64,000 nt of DNA from a virus (lineage: Duplodnaviria > Caudoviricetes), in the IMG/VR virus record IMGVR_UViG_3300028275_000007; one strand, 5' to 3'. The notes under the pieces were generated by a model. The model saw only the letters and a list, made by a program, of their open reading frames with translations. It was not told the origin of the DNA and did not search any database. Positions 9,917 through 18,377 of the stretch are shown in pieces; position 1 is the first letter of the stretch; each line of letters starts with the position of its first letter. The translations under genes were made by a program, and so were the position numbers.

Positions 9917-11050
9917 TTAGCCGAGGACTAGGGTCCAAATGTTTCCAATATCGTACATAAGTTCTTGTGTAACTTCGATACCACCACCTGTTGCCACTGA
10001 CCATACAGTACCATCAAAACATTCCAGGTACCCTCTTTCTGTGTTGTATCTAGTTTCACCTACTTCTGGACTTAAAGGACGTTCGCTATCGGATCCGTTA
10101 GGAACAACCATACCGTTTGTACCGGTAAACTGAATGTATCCTATTCCTGTAGACTGTAATAATAAAGGATTGTTTTCTGGATTTATTATAGCATTTTCGT
10201 TAAATGCAATTTTTTCTAAGTATGTGTCTGCTGAATCGGCGGTTATTATTAAATCTTCATTGGACTGTGTTGTTGTAATTGTAGTTGTAACACCGTTAAT
10301 TTCTACTTGATCACTGATATAAGCATAAGACGTATGGATACCTAATCCTGAATTTCCTATCGAAGTCCAATCAGATTGATAAACTTTATCCCAACGCTTT
10401 GTAGGTTTCCCTAGATCATAAACTTCATTGTTACCTAAGACAATTGTTTGAGTAAAATCGGTATTAATACTAGCAGTATCAGTAGTTTGGTCACCGATAG
10501 TTAGAGTACCAATTCCTGTTAAATCTCCCTGTAACGTTATGTTCCCTGTTACAGTTAAATTTCCTGTAATGTTTGTGTCTGCAATAAAATTAACTTTGCC
10601 TGTTCCGTTAGGATCAAATACAATATTTGAATTGCTAATACTGCTAATTTGATTATCGTTGAATATTAAACTGCTGGTAGTTAATCTATCGTGAAAAATA
10701 TCACTTCCGGCTATCATAACCTGTATGCCGCCAACTGAAGTTGTAAATGTATTTCCGTTATTAATTTTAAGATTTCCAGCAATTAACTGTGTATCAACAG
10801 TTAAATTATGGCTATGAATATCTCCGTCTACATCTAAGTCGTAGGCAGGCGGAGATTTTTTTATACTAACTCGTTTATTTGTAACGTCAAGGTATAATAA
10901 ATCAGTTTCAACAGCGATGTCAATGCCGTTTCTTTGTAGGTTAGCGGTTAATAATTTTCCACTAATTCGGCCAAGCTGAGACGAATAATTAGGTTCACTA
11001 CCGTAGGTGTTTGAACCTAATAGACCGTCATCATCGCCCAATATACCCAT
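9917..11050 (-). CDS. Fibre-like structural protein (377 aa), paralog of 8713..9765
   Basis: GRISGKLLTANLQRNGIDIAVETDLLYLDV and C-terminal PNGSDSERP...GETRYNT...LECFDG match the neighbouring gene. Confidence 0.7.
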   Translation of the reverse strand: MGILGDDDGLLGSNTYGSEPNYSSQLGRISGKLLTANLQRNGIDIAVETDLLYLDVTNKRVSIKKSPPAYDLDVDGDIHSHNLTVDTQLIAGNLKINNGNTFTTSVGGIQVMIAGSDIFHDRLTTSSLIFNDNQISSISNSNIVFDPNGTGKVNFIADTNITGNLTVTGNITLQGDLTGIGTLTIGDQTTDTASINTDFTQTIVLGNNEVYDLGKPTKRWDKVYQSDWTSIGNSGLGIHTSYAYISDQVEINGVTTTITTTQSNEDLIITADSADTYLEKIAFNENAIINPENNPLLLQSTGIGYIQFTGTNGMVVPNGSDSERPLSPEVGETRYNTERGYLECFDGTVWSVATGGGIEVTQELMYDIGNIWTLVLG

Positions 11051-11060
11051 AATTTAGTCC

Positions 11061-11975
11061 TTAATCGTTACTAGCCATTTCAATAGCGTGTACACTTGTT
11101 ACTACGCTATTAGTTAAACTTGTTGGTCGACAAGTAATTTCTATTCTGTTTGTTGTAGAATTCCACTGTCCGTCAAAAGTAGCAAGAGGAGTGGCACTTG
11201 AATATGTAACACCGTATGCAGTAACGTAAACAACGTCATTTACATATCCTCTTATAGCAATGATATCGCAGGCCTGTGTTTGCCAACTAAGTCCACCATC
11301 TTCATAGCCTTCTACCATAACAAATAATTTAATAGCGTGTTGATATTGACCTGTTGAAGTGTAGATAACTGTATCAACACCTGCTAGACAAGATGTTGAA
11401 TCCTGGTGACTCTGTTTAACATCTCCAGGATAATTTACATTACCTAATGTATCAATACTAACTTCATATCCATCTTGAGAAATTGCAGCAGGAATTGCAC
11501 CCGAAGCTGCAAAAGTAATAGTATCCGTTGATGAATCAGTTGTAATTGTTATTCCAGGACCTTCTACTAATGTCAGCGTATCACTCGAGCTATCTGCAAT
11601 AACGTTTGATTGTCCTGCAACAACAATAGTTTTAAATGAATCTGATACTGCTCCAGAAACTATATTGTTTAATAGGTTAGAAGGAATAGTACAAAATACT
11701 GTTTTGCCGCCTTCTAGAAAATTAACTGGGAAATTGCCGTTTGAAGAACTGTATATAACGTCTCTTGATAAAGATTCTGTTCCGCTAGAATTAGTATATG
11801 TGCCTCTTCCTACTTCCCAATTGCCGGCAGCATCTTCAATTCCGTAATAACATTCATTTCCAGAACCAACTGCCGAAAACGATTGAAAACCGGGAATTAC
11901 AGTTTCTAATGTTATTGTACCTGTGCCGGTACTATATGTTCTAACTTTAACCTTATCAGCAACAACCAGGGCCAT
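11061..11975 (-). CDS. Tail fibre-like protein (304 aa)
   Basis: N-terminus MALVVADKVKVRTYSTGTGTITL...GFQSFSAVG...YY.IE...WEVGRGTY resembles a common tail-fibre N-terminal module. It also has a FKTIVVAGQSNVIADSSSDTLTLVEG spacer. Confidence 0.55.
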   Translation of the reverse strand: MALVVADKVKVRTYSTGTGTITLETVIPGFQSFSAVGSGNECYYGIEDAAGNWEVGRGTYTNSSGTESLSRDVIYSSSNGNFPVNFLEGGKTVFCTIPSNLLNNIVSGAVSDSFKTIVVAGQSNVIADSSSDTLTLVEGPGITITTDSSTDTITFAASGAIPAAISQDGYEVSIDTLGNVNYPGDVKQSHQDSTSCLAGVDTVIYTSTGQYQHAIKLFVMVEGYEDGGLSWQTQACDIIAIRGYVNDVVYVTAYGVTYSSATPLATFDGQWNSTTNRIEITCRPTSLTNSVVTSVHAIEMASND

Positions 11976-11999
11976 TACATATCTCCAAATCGATATGTA

Positions 12000-12006
12000 T
12001 ATTTAC
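12000..12006 (-). promoter_or_regulatory. Late promoter variant (GTAAATA)
   Basis: Intergenic, ~25 nt upstream of the ATG at 11975, with a GGAG RBS between them. Confidence 0.55.
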
Positions 12007-12018
12007 CCGTTTTTGGTT

Positions 12019-12534
12019 TTAGTTAGCGAATCCAAAGTATACTGTTACGTATTTTCCTGTAGGAACTGGGCTTGTAAAAATAAGATATGCGTTTCCGCTA
12101 CCACCGTAGTTTGAATTTAATGTAAAGTTAGTTGTAGAAATTTGAAATACATTTTCTACCAATACAATAATATTATCTGCTGAACTAGGAACAGCATATA
12201 ATGGGCCAAAGTCTGTCTGTATATCGTCACCTGGGCCTAAAGTTTGTTTATAAATTGAAGATGCGCCCGGAGCTCTAATAACTTCCCAGGCATTGCCTAC
12301 GTAGCCTTCTATTGAATTTGTTGTTGTGTTATATCTAATTGTACCGTTAGCATCTGTAGGCTGACGAACTCCTGTTAGCTGAGGACGCTGAGATTGTGTG
12401 CCCTTAGGTAACATTAGGCCACCGTGGCTATTCATTACTACGCGGCCGCCAGGACCGTTAGCATCTGGATAGGCTATTAATGTTCTATCGTTGATACTAA
12501 ACTTAGAAATGTTTTTAGTCTTTAAGAATTTCAT
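12019..12534 (-). CDS. Structural protein (171 aa) with the LP.GT..QRP...G.IRYNT module
   Basis: GLMLPKGTQSQRP...GTIRYNTTTNSIEGYVGNAW, shared with the 350- and 377-aa ORFs. Confidence 0.6.
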   Translation of the reverse strand: MKFLKTKNISKFSINDRTLIAYPDANGPGGRVVMNSHGGLMLPKGTQSQRPQLTGVRQPTDANGTIRYNTTTNSIEGYVGNAWEVIRAPGASSIYKQTLGPGDDIQTDFGPLYAVPSSADNIIVLVENVFQISTTNFTLNSNYGGSGNAYLIFTSPVPTGKYVTVYFGFAN

Positions 12535-12935
12535 ACTTCTAATGCGCTCACTGTTACAGACAATTTGCTTGCAGAACTAGTACCTACCCAAATTTCGTCG
12601 CCACTTTCTAATACAACTCTTTCTTCACTAAAAAATACAGTTTCGCCTGCTGGAACGGTTAGGTTGTTTACAATTAAATTTCCGTTAGTTGCAGATTTAC
12701 CATTTCGAACCAAATAAACATTTACATTAACTGCATTTGTAGTTTCGTCGGCTGCGCTAGGTGCTGCTGTGTTACAAAATGCAATAGTAGTAATTGCATT
12801 AATTCTTCCAGTAGCTCCGCCGACACCAATTGCTGCACCAGTTGTTGAACTAGTAAAGACTTTTACGGGAGAAGTTACACTAATAGAATCAATTAATGCT
12901 ATTGTGCCTTCCGGAGTTTCGTAATTTCTAATCAT
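12531..12935 (-). CDS. Small beta-rich structural protein (134 aa)
   Basis: Paralog of 8377..8709; overlaps the next gene by 4 nt. Confidence 0.6.
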   Translation of the reverse strand: MIRNYETPEGTIALIDSISVTSPVKVFTSSTTGAAIGVGGATGRINAITTIAFCNTAAPSAADETTNAVNVNVYLVRNGKSATNGNLIVNNLTVPAGETVFFSEERVVLESGDEIWVGTSSASKLSVTVSALEV

Positions 12936-12944
12936 ATTTTTCTC

Positions 12945-14006
12945 TTAAAATAACATACTGAACACAAGTGCTTTATTTTTACTTATTAACTCGCCATTTC
13001 TTTTCGAAGTTTGTGTACTGTCGTTGACAAACCAAATTCCAGAAGAACCTACGCCCGGACTAGCAGCGTAAATTAAATTGCTGTCTGAAACATACGCAGG
13101 TGTTACAGCAATTTTATCTAATTGAACAGCGTAGTTAGTTTGTAATTTACCAGTTCCTTGTGTTCTAACATATATATTCTCGTTGGTAATACCTGCTTTG
13201 GAAGTAATTTCTGTTCGAGAAGGGCCACTACCTAATTCTAAATTTCCTAATTCAACTCGATTAGTAAAAAACTGGCTTACTAGATAAGAATCTACAACAA
13301 TAGAAACTGCACTTTCTCCAAACGTCGAATATCCAGTAGTGTTTGTAAAATATTCTAACGAACCTGCCTGAGTTGATATATTAGGTGTAATGTCTTTGTC
13401 AGAAATAATAACACTGGTATCTTGACTTTGAGGAGCAACAATCTGGAAGGTTGGGTTATTTAAAATTGCATTATCAACATATAACTTATTTGGAATATCA
13501 TCGTCGTGTATAACGTGTTCCTCATATGTATCTGTTCCAAAAACGGATATTACTCCAGTTCCAGAACCAATCAATGTTAAGTCTCCGTATCGACCTTGAC
13601 CTGAAAAATTTAAATTTTCAGTTTCATTATCTGTTAAAATTGTATTAACTTTAATACCAACTTCACTGTAGTTGAATGGGCCTGGAGAATCATTGGCTGC
13701 AAACAACCAAGTCTTTGATGATTCCTCAAATAACAACATTGCAGGAGTTAAATCACCCCTATCAATTTTTACTCCCGAATAACCTAAAGTTACTCCTGAT
13801 CCTGTTTCTCCAGCATTTAGTGTTATAATATTGTCATTGATATCTAAATTTGTAGCAGCAACAGAAACTGTTTGACCTTCTACAACTAAGTCCCCTGTAA
13901 CTATTACACTACCACCAGCAGAGGCTGGACCGGTGTCAAACTTTATTTTGGCACCGTCGGCAGTTTTAATGTTATAATCACCGTTTACACGGAGAAACTG
14001 TCCCAT
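12945..14006 (-). CDS. Virion structural/fibre protein (353 aa)
   Basis: VTGDLVVEGQTVSVAATNLDINDNIITLN...GVKIDRG fibre-shaft motif; a similar motif occurs in the 604-aa fibre. Confidence 0.6.
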   Translation of the reverse strand: MGQFLRVNGDYNIKTADGAKIKFDTGPASAGGSVIVTGDLVVEGQTVSVAATNLDINDNIITLNAGETGSGVTLGYSGVKIDRGDLTPAMLLFEESSKTWLFAANDSPGPFNYSEVGIKVNTILTDNETENLNFSGQGRYGDLTLIGSGTGVISVFGTDTYEEHVIHDDDIPNKLYVDNAILNNPTFQIVAPQSQDTSVIISDKDITPNISTQAGSLEYFTNTTGYSTFGESAVSIVVDSYLVSQFFTNRVELGNLELGSGPSRTEITSKAGITNENIYVRTQGTGKLQTNYAVQLDKIAVTPAYVSDSNLIYAASPGVGSSGIWFVNDSTQTSKRNGELISKNKALVFSMLF

Positions 14007-14020
14007 TGTTAATTCCTAAA

Positions 14021-14404
14021 TTAAGTTGGTGTTAAGAAAATTTGATCGCCTGTAGAGTCTGCATAGTTGCCTAATCTCCAAGTATATCTTACACCGTTAA
14101 AGTCAATAGCTGTACGCTTTTGTAGTTTAGCAATTCTAACAGCACTTGCATCAGCGCCTGTTTCTAAATAACCTGTTAGGCGCATTTCTCCAGCAGCACT
14201 AGGTGTTCCGCTGACTAATTTGCAAATTGCTTGTGTGCTAGATGAAGTATCTTGAACTAGGTATCTCTTAGAACCTTTTTGCTTAACAATAAACACATCA
14301 GTTTGATTAGAACCAATGTATGCTTCGCAGCGAATACCTGCATCGCCTGTGTAGGTGCCAAATACCTTAACACCATTCTTATCTGATTTTACTGGACGTC
14401 CCAT
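14021..14404 (-). CDS. Hypothetical late protein (127 aa, MGRP N-terminus), candidate capsid decoration or accessory protein
   Basis: Has its own late promoter and a strong AAGGAG RBS, and lies directly downstream of the major capsid gene. The function is inferred from position only. Confidence 0.55.
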   Translation of the reverse strand: MGRPVKSDKNGVKVFGTYTGDAGIRCEAYIGSNQTDVFIVKQKGSKRYLVQDTSSSTQAICKLVSGTPSAAGEMRLTGYLETGADASAVRIAKLQKRTAIDFNGVRYTWRLGNYADSTGDQIFLTPT

Positions 14405-14435
14405 TTGTTTTCTCCTTGTGTTGACGTTCTAGGCC

Positions 14436-14455
14436 TACGCGGTGGGTGCCGCATA
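14436..14455 (-). promoter_or_regulatory. GC-rich leader hairpin UAUGCGG-CACCCA-CCGCGUA in a ~65-nt 5' UTR
   Basis: 7-bp stem with one G-U pair, between the late promoter (14472-14479) and the RBS of the 127-aa gene. Confidence 0.5.
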
Positions 14456-14471
14456 AATCACTTAGATACTT

Positions 14472-14479
14472 TATTTATC
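14472..14479 (-). promoter_or_regulatory. Late promoter (GATAAATA)
   Basis: Lies just downstream of the capsid-gene terminator. Confidence 0.65.
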
Positions 14480-14488
14480 CAGCCAAAC

Positions 14489-14512
14489 AAAAAGCCCCTT
14501 TCGGGGCTTTTT
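14489..14512 (-). terminator. Rho-independent terminator after the major capsid gene (possibly bidirectional)
   Basis: The minus strand reads AAAAAGCCCC-GAAA-GGGGCTTTTTGTTT, a perfect stem with GAAA loop and U-tract. Confidence 0.9.
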
Positions 14513-14539
14513 GAATACGTTGTATAATCTTTTTAAAGA

Positions 14540-15715
14540 TTAAGCAAAACGTAGGTTTGCAGATGTAACATCAACAAGAGCCAAGTAGTCAGCAGCATTA
14601 CCTAGAGATGATGCTGTGTTTGTTAACTCAACATAACCGTATCTGGTCATGAAAGAAACTACTGGTTCAAATGTAGATGGATCTAATACAACACCGCTGC
14701 TCATCAATGGAATGTATGGGCAGTAGAATGCTGCTGCGTCAGACTCGGAAGTACCTTTGTAACCAATCAATACTTTGTCGTCTTCTGCGTATGTGTTTAC
14801 ATACACTTTCATTGCGCTGTTCAATGTACCAACGAACTTGGTGTTTGTTGGAGCTTCGAAAGTGCCTTCTGTAGTGCGAGCAAAAGCAGAAGTTGTAGCA
14901 GACTGTAATAGTGTTAATACAGTTGGTGATACAACAGCCCAGTTACCTGCGCCACGACGTGTACGTTGTGCGATCAAGTTAGAAGCACGGTTGATTTGAA
15001 CAGCTAGAGCAGCGTGTTCGTCACCAACGAATGTAGCTGTACCAGAAACTGCTGCTTGGTCGTATGTTAATACGGCTGTACCAGCTAGTGTCTTCAAGCT
15101 ACGTAGAACTTCTTGATCAATCTCAGCTGTGATCTCTTGTGCAAGAGCAGCCATGATTTCTGCTTCGATGTCAATACCTTGTTGGGCTTGTGCATCTTGA
15201 GCAGCTTCAAATGTCCAGCGAGCAGACAACTTACGTGTCTTAGCTTCGACTGTTTGTTTCAAGATTTGAATGCTTAGTCTGTTACCTGCTACGCCTTCTA
15301 AAGCTGCTGTAGAAGCTGCCTTATCAGAACCAGATACACCAGAATAGCCTTCAGCAATCTTGAATGGGCTTAGTGCCTCATCGCCAGCTGTAGTGTTACC
15401 ACCAGCAGAACCACTGAATGTGTCGCTGTAGCGAACACGTAGAGTATGGATCTGACCAACTGGGCCTGTCATTGGTTGTACACCAACTAGTTCATTAGCA
15501 ATGACTGTTGGCATTACACGTCTGATCACAGGTAGGATCACACGATTTAGGGTTGCAACGTTACCGGCGGAAGTAGCACCAGCTGTAGCACTCTCTGCCA
15601 AATACTTGCGGGTATTCTCTAGAGTAGTTGCCATAACTGTACGCTTGTTACCTTGTAGGCCTTCTAATAGAGCCTCTTTAGTTTCCGACCAGCGTGACTC
15701 GAGTAGTTGTGACAT
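14540..15715 (-). CDS. gp23: Major capsid protein, T4 gp23 family
   Basis: LPVIRRVMPTVIANELVGVQPMTGPVGQIHTLRVRY, TVEAKTRKLSARWTFEAAQD, LAQEITAEIDQE, YCPYIPL and FMTRYG are hallmark gp23 motifs. Confidence 0.97.
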   Translation of the reverse strand: MSQLLESRWSETKEALLEGLQGNKRTVMATTLENTRKYLAESATAGATSAGNVATLNRVILPVIRRVMPTVIANELVGVQPMTGPVGQIHTLRVRYSDTFSGSAGGNTTAGDEALSPFKIAEGYSGVSGSDKAASTAALEGVAGNRLSIQILKQTVEAKTRKLSARWTFEAAQDAQAQQGIDIEAEIMAALAQEITAEIDQEVLRSLKTLAGTAVLTYDQAAVSGTATFVGDEHAALAVQINRASNLIAQRTRRGAGNWAVVSPTVLTLLQSATTSAFARTTEGTFEAPTNTKFVGTLNSAMKVYVNTYAEDDKVLIGYKGTSESDAAAFYCPYIPLMSSGVVLDPSTFEPVVSFMTRYGYVELTNTASSLGNAADYLALVDVTSANLRFA

Positions 15716-15726
15716 ATTTGTTCTCC

Positions 15727-16821
15727 TTAAACTTTAAGTCCCGCAAGCCTGCGGATGTCAAAAATTTCTGCGGTTTTTTCTTCTTTACCGCTAGATTGTG
15801 GTGCCTGTTTATCGCCTGTAATTTCTTTAGCCTCTGAGAGTACTTTCTTCGCCGGTGTACCGCCATTCATTACTGCTGGCATATACTTGTCGAAAGCTGT
15901 ACGTAGCTTTTCAGTTTGAACTGATTCTAATAGACTGCTCATTACTTCACGCTTATCTCCAGTCAACGGGCCTAGCAATTCGCTCATAACTTCCTTGCGT
16001 TGGTTGTTTTCTTTGATAATACGTAGTTCACGTTCTTTGCTTTCTACTAGTGATTGTGCTTCTGCAACAACTTTTGCTGCTTCTTCTAGCTCTGCTTCTT
16101 TGGTAGCAACTACCTTTAGAAGTTTTGCTGTTTCAGATTTCTCATTTAGGTGAGATGCAGCATACTCGCTTGCGAAAGATTCAAAAATTCTGCGACCAAA
16201 GTCATTTCTACGAGCTGCATCAATGTCTTCACGTAGTTGAGACATTTCAGTGCGTAGACCGCCCTGAACTGTTTCTGCAACCATTGTAGAAGCTTTGCTA
16301 ATAAATTCTTTCTTGAGAGATTCGAACTTAGCCTTAGACTCACGTACTAAACGTACTTTAGTTTCAGCTAGGTCTTTCTTATCTGTGTGGAATTCTGCGA
16401 TTTCTTTCGCTAGAGCATCCACAATAAAAGATTCTAGTTTAGCAACATTGTTGGCAACTTGCTTACGATCTTCGTGTAGTTCTGCAAGTTCTTTCTTAAG
16501 ATTTGAAAGAACAAATGATTCCATTGCTGCGGAATCGTCTTTCATCTTTTGAACATAACGAGCACGAGCTTCAATTAGACCTTGGCGATCTTCTGCAAGT
16601 TCGCCTAATTCTGCTTGTAAACGATCAGTTAGCATAGCTTCAACAGCTTCTACCATTGCTGATTTATCGTGTTCGTATTTTTGTGCAAATTCTTCACGTA
16701 GTGTAGCAGTGACTTGCTCACGGTTTTCTTGAATTCTGCTTTCCCAAGCAGTTTCAATTTCCGATTTGATTTCTTCGGAAATCACATTGTTTTCGAACAA
16801 TTGTTTTACGATGTCTAGCAT
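15727..16821 (-). CDS. gp22: Prohead core scaffolding protein (gp22-like)
   Basis: Coiled-coil, Glu/Lys-rich, located between the protease and MCP genes as in T4; several L-x-E sites. Confidence 0.75.
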   Translation of the reverse strand: MLDIVKQLFENNVISEEIKSEIETAWESRIQENREQVTATLREEFAQKYEHDKSAMVEAVEAMLTDRLQAELGELAEDRQGLIEARARYVQKMKDDSAAMESFVLSNLKKELAELHEDRKQVANNVAKLESFIVDALAKEIAEFHTDKKDLAETKVRLVRESKAKFESLKKEFISKASTMVAETVQGGLRTEMSQLREDIDAARRNDFGRRIFESFASEYAASHLNEKSETAKLLKVVATKEAELEEAAKVVAEAQSLVESKERELRIIKENNQRKEVMSELLGPLTGDKREVMSSLLESVQTEKLRTAFDKYMPAVMNGGTPAKKVLSEAKEITGDKQAPQSSGKEEKTAEIFDIRRLAGLKV

Positions 16822-16837
16822 TGTGATTCTCCTACTG

Positions 16838-17463
16838 TTATTTGAGTCCAGCGATTATTCGCTTAAGACCCTCTGCTAAGTATTTTTGTGCCTGTGGTCG
16901 CCTTTAACTTCTTGTGCAATTCTATAAGCCTGATAGCCACCTGTGTTATTCATTAGGTGTTCATAAACTGGTGTTGGATAAGCGCCTGGTGCGCTAGGTT
17001 GAGCAACAACGTCAACTGTAATAATTTCAAACCCGTTAACTTTTCCTTCGTTATCAACTTCACCTGATCCACGAGAGGAAACGCCAAGTTTAACTCCTGA
17101 CTCCAACATTGTCTGTACTAATTGACCCATTGGAGTTGGGAGGATTTTAAGTTTTCCGTAGCCGTTAGGACCATCCATCCACATCTTGGTAATCATATGA
17201 CTAACACGATCTAGATTGATTCTTAAATCCTGCGGGTGATCAACTTCGCCTAGCACTGAATATCCGCCAGCGATCTGTTCGTTGAGAGTCTTGACAGCCC
17301 TGCCAATTTCTTGAGAAGAATAAACACGTTGATTTGCATTGCGAATGTCGCCCTGAATGCAAATCCCGTTTAGATAAAGGCTCTTACTCGAGCCTTCACC
17401 TTCACTCTCAAGGACAATCTTAGCCTGGTCGAAACTCAAATTTTCTGCTAGGGTAGATCTCAC
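16838..17463 (-). CDS. gp21: Prohead protease (gp21 family). The in-frame ORF stops at 16876; a 1-nt frameshift near 16896 separates it from its likely C-terminus, which ends at 16838.
   Basis: GICIQGDIRNANQRVY, LGEVDHP, INLDRVSH, LGVSSRGSG and DVVAQPSAPGAY are gp21 motifs. Adding one C gives ...KGDPQAQKYLAEGLKRIIAGLK*. Confidence 0.9.
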
Positions 17464-17475
17464 GTTAGTGTCCTA

Positions 17476-18312
17476 TTATCTACGACCACGGAAAAGGCTT
17501 TGCTTGTTGTCAGCTGATTCTTTTGCACCAGCTTTCTCAGCACCGTGTCCTGGCTCTTTCTTGCTAAAAGCATTTCCTGCTTTGCCGCCTGGCACGTTAA
17601 TATTACCAGCGTTGTCTTCTGTTGGCTTTTGCTTGATTAAGCTAGAACCTTGCAATTGGCCTTTGTTTGCTTCAACGCCGCTTTCTGTTTTGCTTTGAGC
17701 GATGTTAGAAGCTGTACCGCCCATATCATTCTTACCAGCTACGATTGACTTGGTATTTGCACCGTTATCACCCATTTTTGCTGGAGCAACTTTTTCTACG
17801 TATTCACGAACTGTTTCTAGATCGTTGATATCGTCTTTCATTTCTTCGTCGTCACCGCCCATTTCGTCACCGAAATCGTCGCCGTGTTCTTTACCTTCAA
17901 TACCTTTTAGCTCGTCAAACTTAGCTTGTAGCTCGTCAACAATAGATTCTAGGTCTTGAAACAATTCTTCTTCGCCCTTTTCTGCTGGCTCTTCTTCCCC
18001 GTCCATTTCGCCTTCTAGGTCGTCTGTTGGGTCGCCACCAAATTCTGGCATATCGTCACCGCCTTCAATTGCGATGTCTTCAAAGTTTTCGTCGACTTTG
18101 TCTTCTTCAGCATCTTCATCAGAAGCTGCTTCTTCCATATCTTCGTCGTCTTCGTCTTTTTCTTCTTCTTCAGCAATTTCGCTGTCGATCATTGATTCAT
18201 AAATTTCACGTGATTGTTGTACAACGTAATCGTGAAATAATTCTTCTGCTTTGGCTTGATCGCCTTCAACAAGATGTGACAACATCTGTTGCAATAATGT
18301 TTTATCTGCCAT
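17476..18312 (-). CDS. Acidic prohead core protein (gp67/gp68-like role)
   Basis: Very Asp/Glu-rich, with L/V-x-E sites (LVEG, VDEN, VREY); located between the portal and protease genes; strong RBS. Confidence 0.65.
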   Translation of the reverse strand: MADKTLLQQMLSHLVEGDQAKAEELFHDYVVQQSREIYESMIDSEIAEEEEKDEDDEDMEEAASDEDAEEDKVDENFEDIAIEGGDDMPEFGGDPTDDLEGEMDGEEEPAEKGEEELFQDLESIVDELQAKFDELKGIEGKEHGDDFGDEMGGDDEEMKDDINDLETVREYVEKVAPAKMGDNGANTKSIVAGKNDMGGTASNIAQSKTESGVEANKGQLQGSSLIKQKPTEDNAGNINVPGGKAGNAFSKKEPGHGAEKAGAKESADNKQSLFRGRR

Positions 18313-18349
18313 GTTAAAATCTCCTCAAGATGGTTTTAGGCTGTGTTTT

Positions 18350-18356
18350 TATTTAC
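18350..18356 (-). promoter_or_regulatory. Late promoter variant (GTAAATA) for the head operon
   Basis: Intergenic, 38 nt upstream of the ATG at 18312. Confidence 0.6.
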
Positions 18357-18377
18357 TACGTAGATTAAAAAACTACG

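Noticed and set aside
16874-16878. TAG stop-codon reassignment explaining the short gp21
   Set aside because: Reading through TAG gives only NTQQRVLSE*, while the shifted frame gives a plausible YLAE-containing tail. Other long ORFs translate intact under the standard code.
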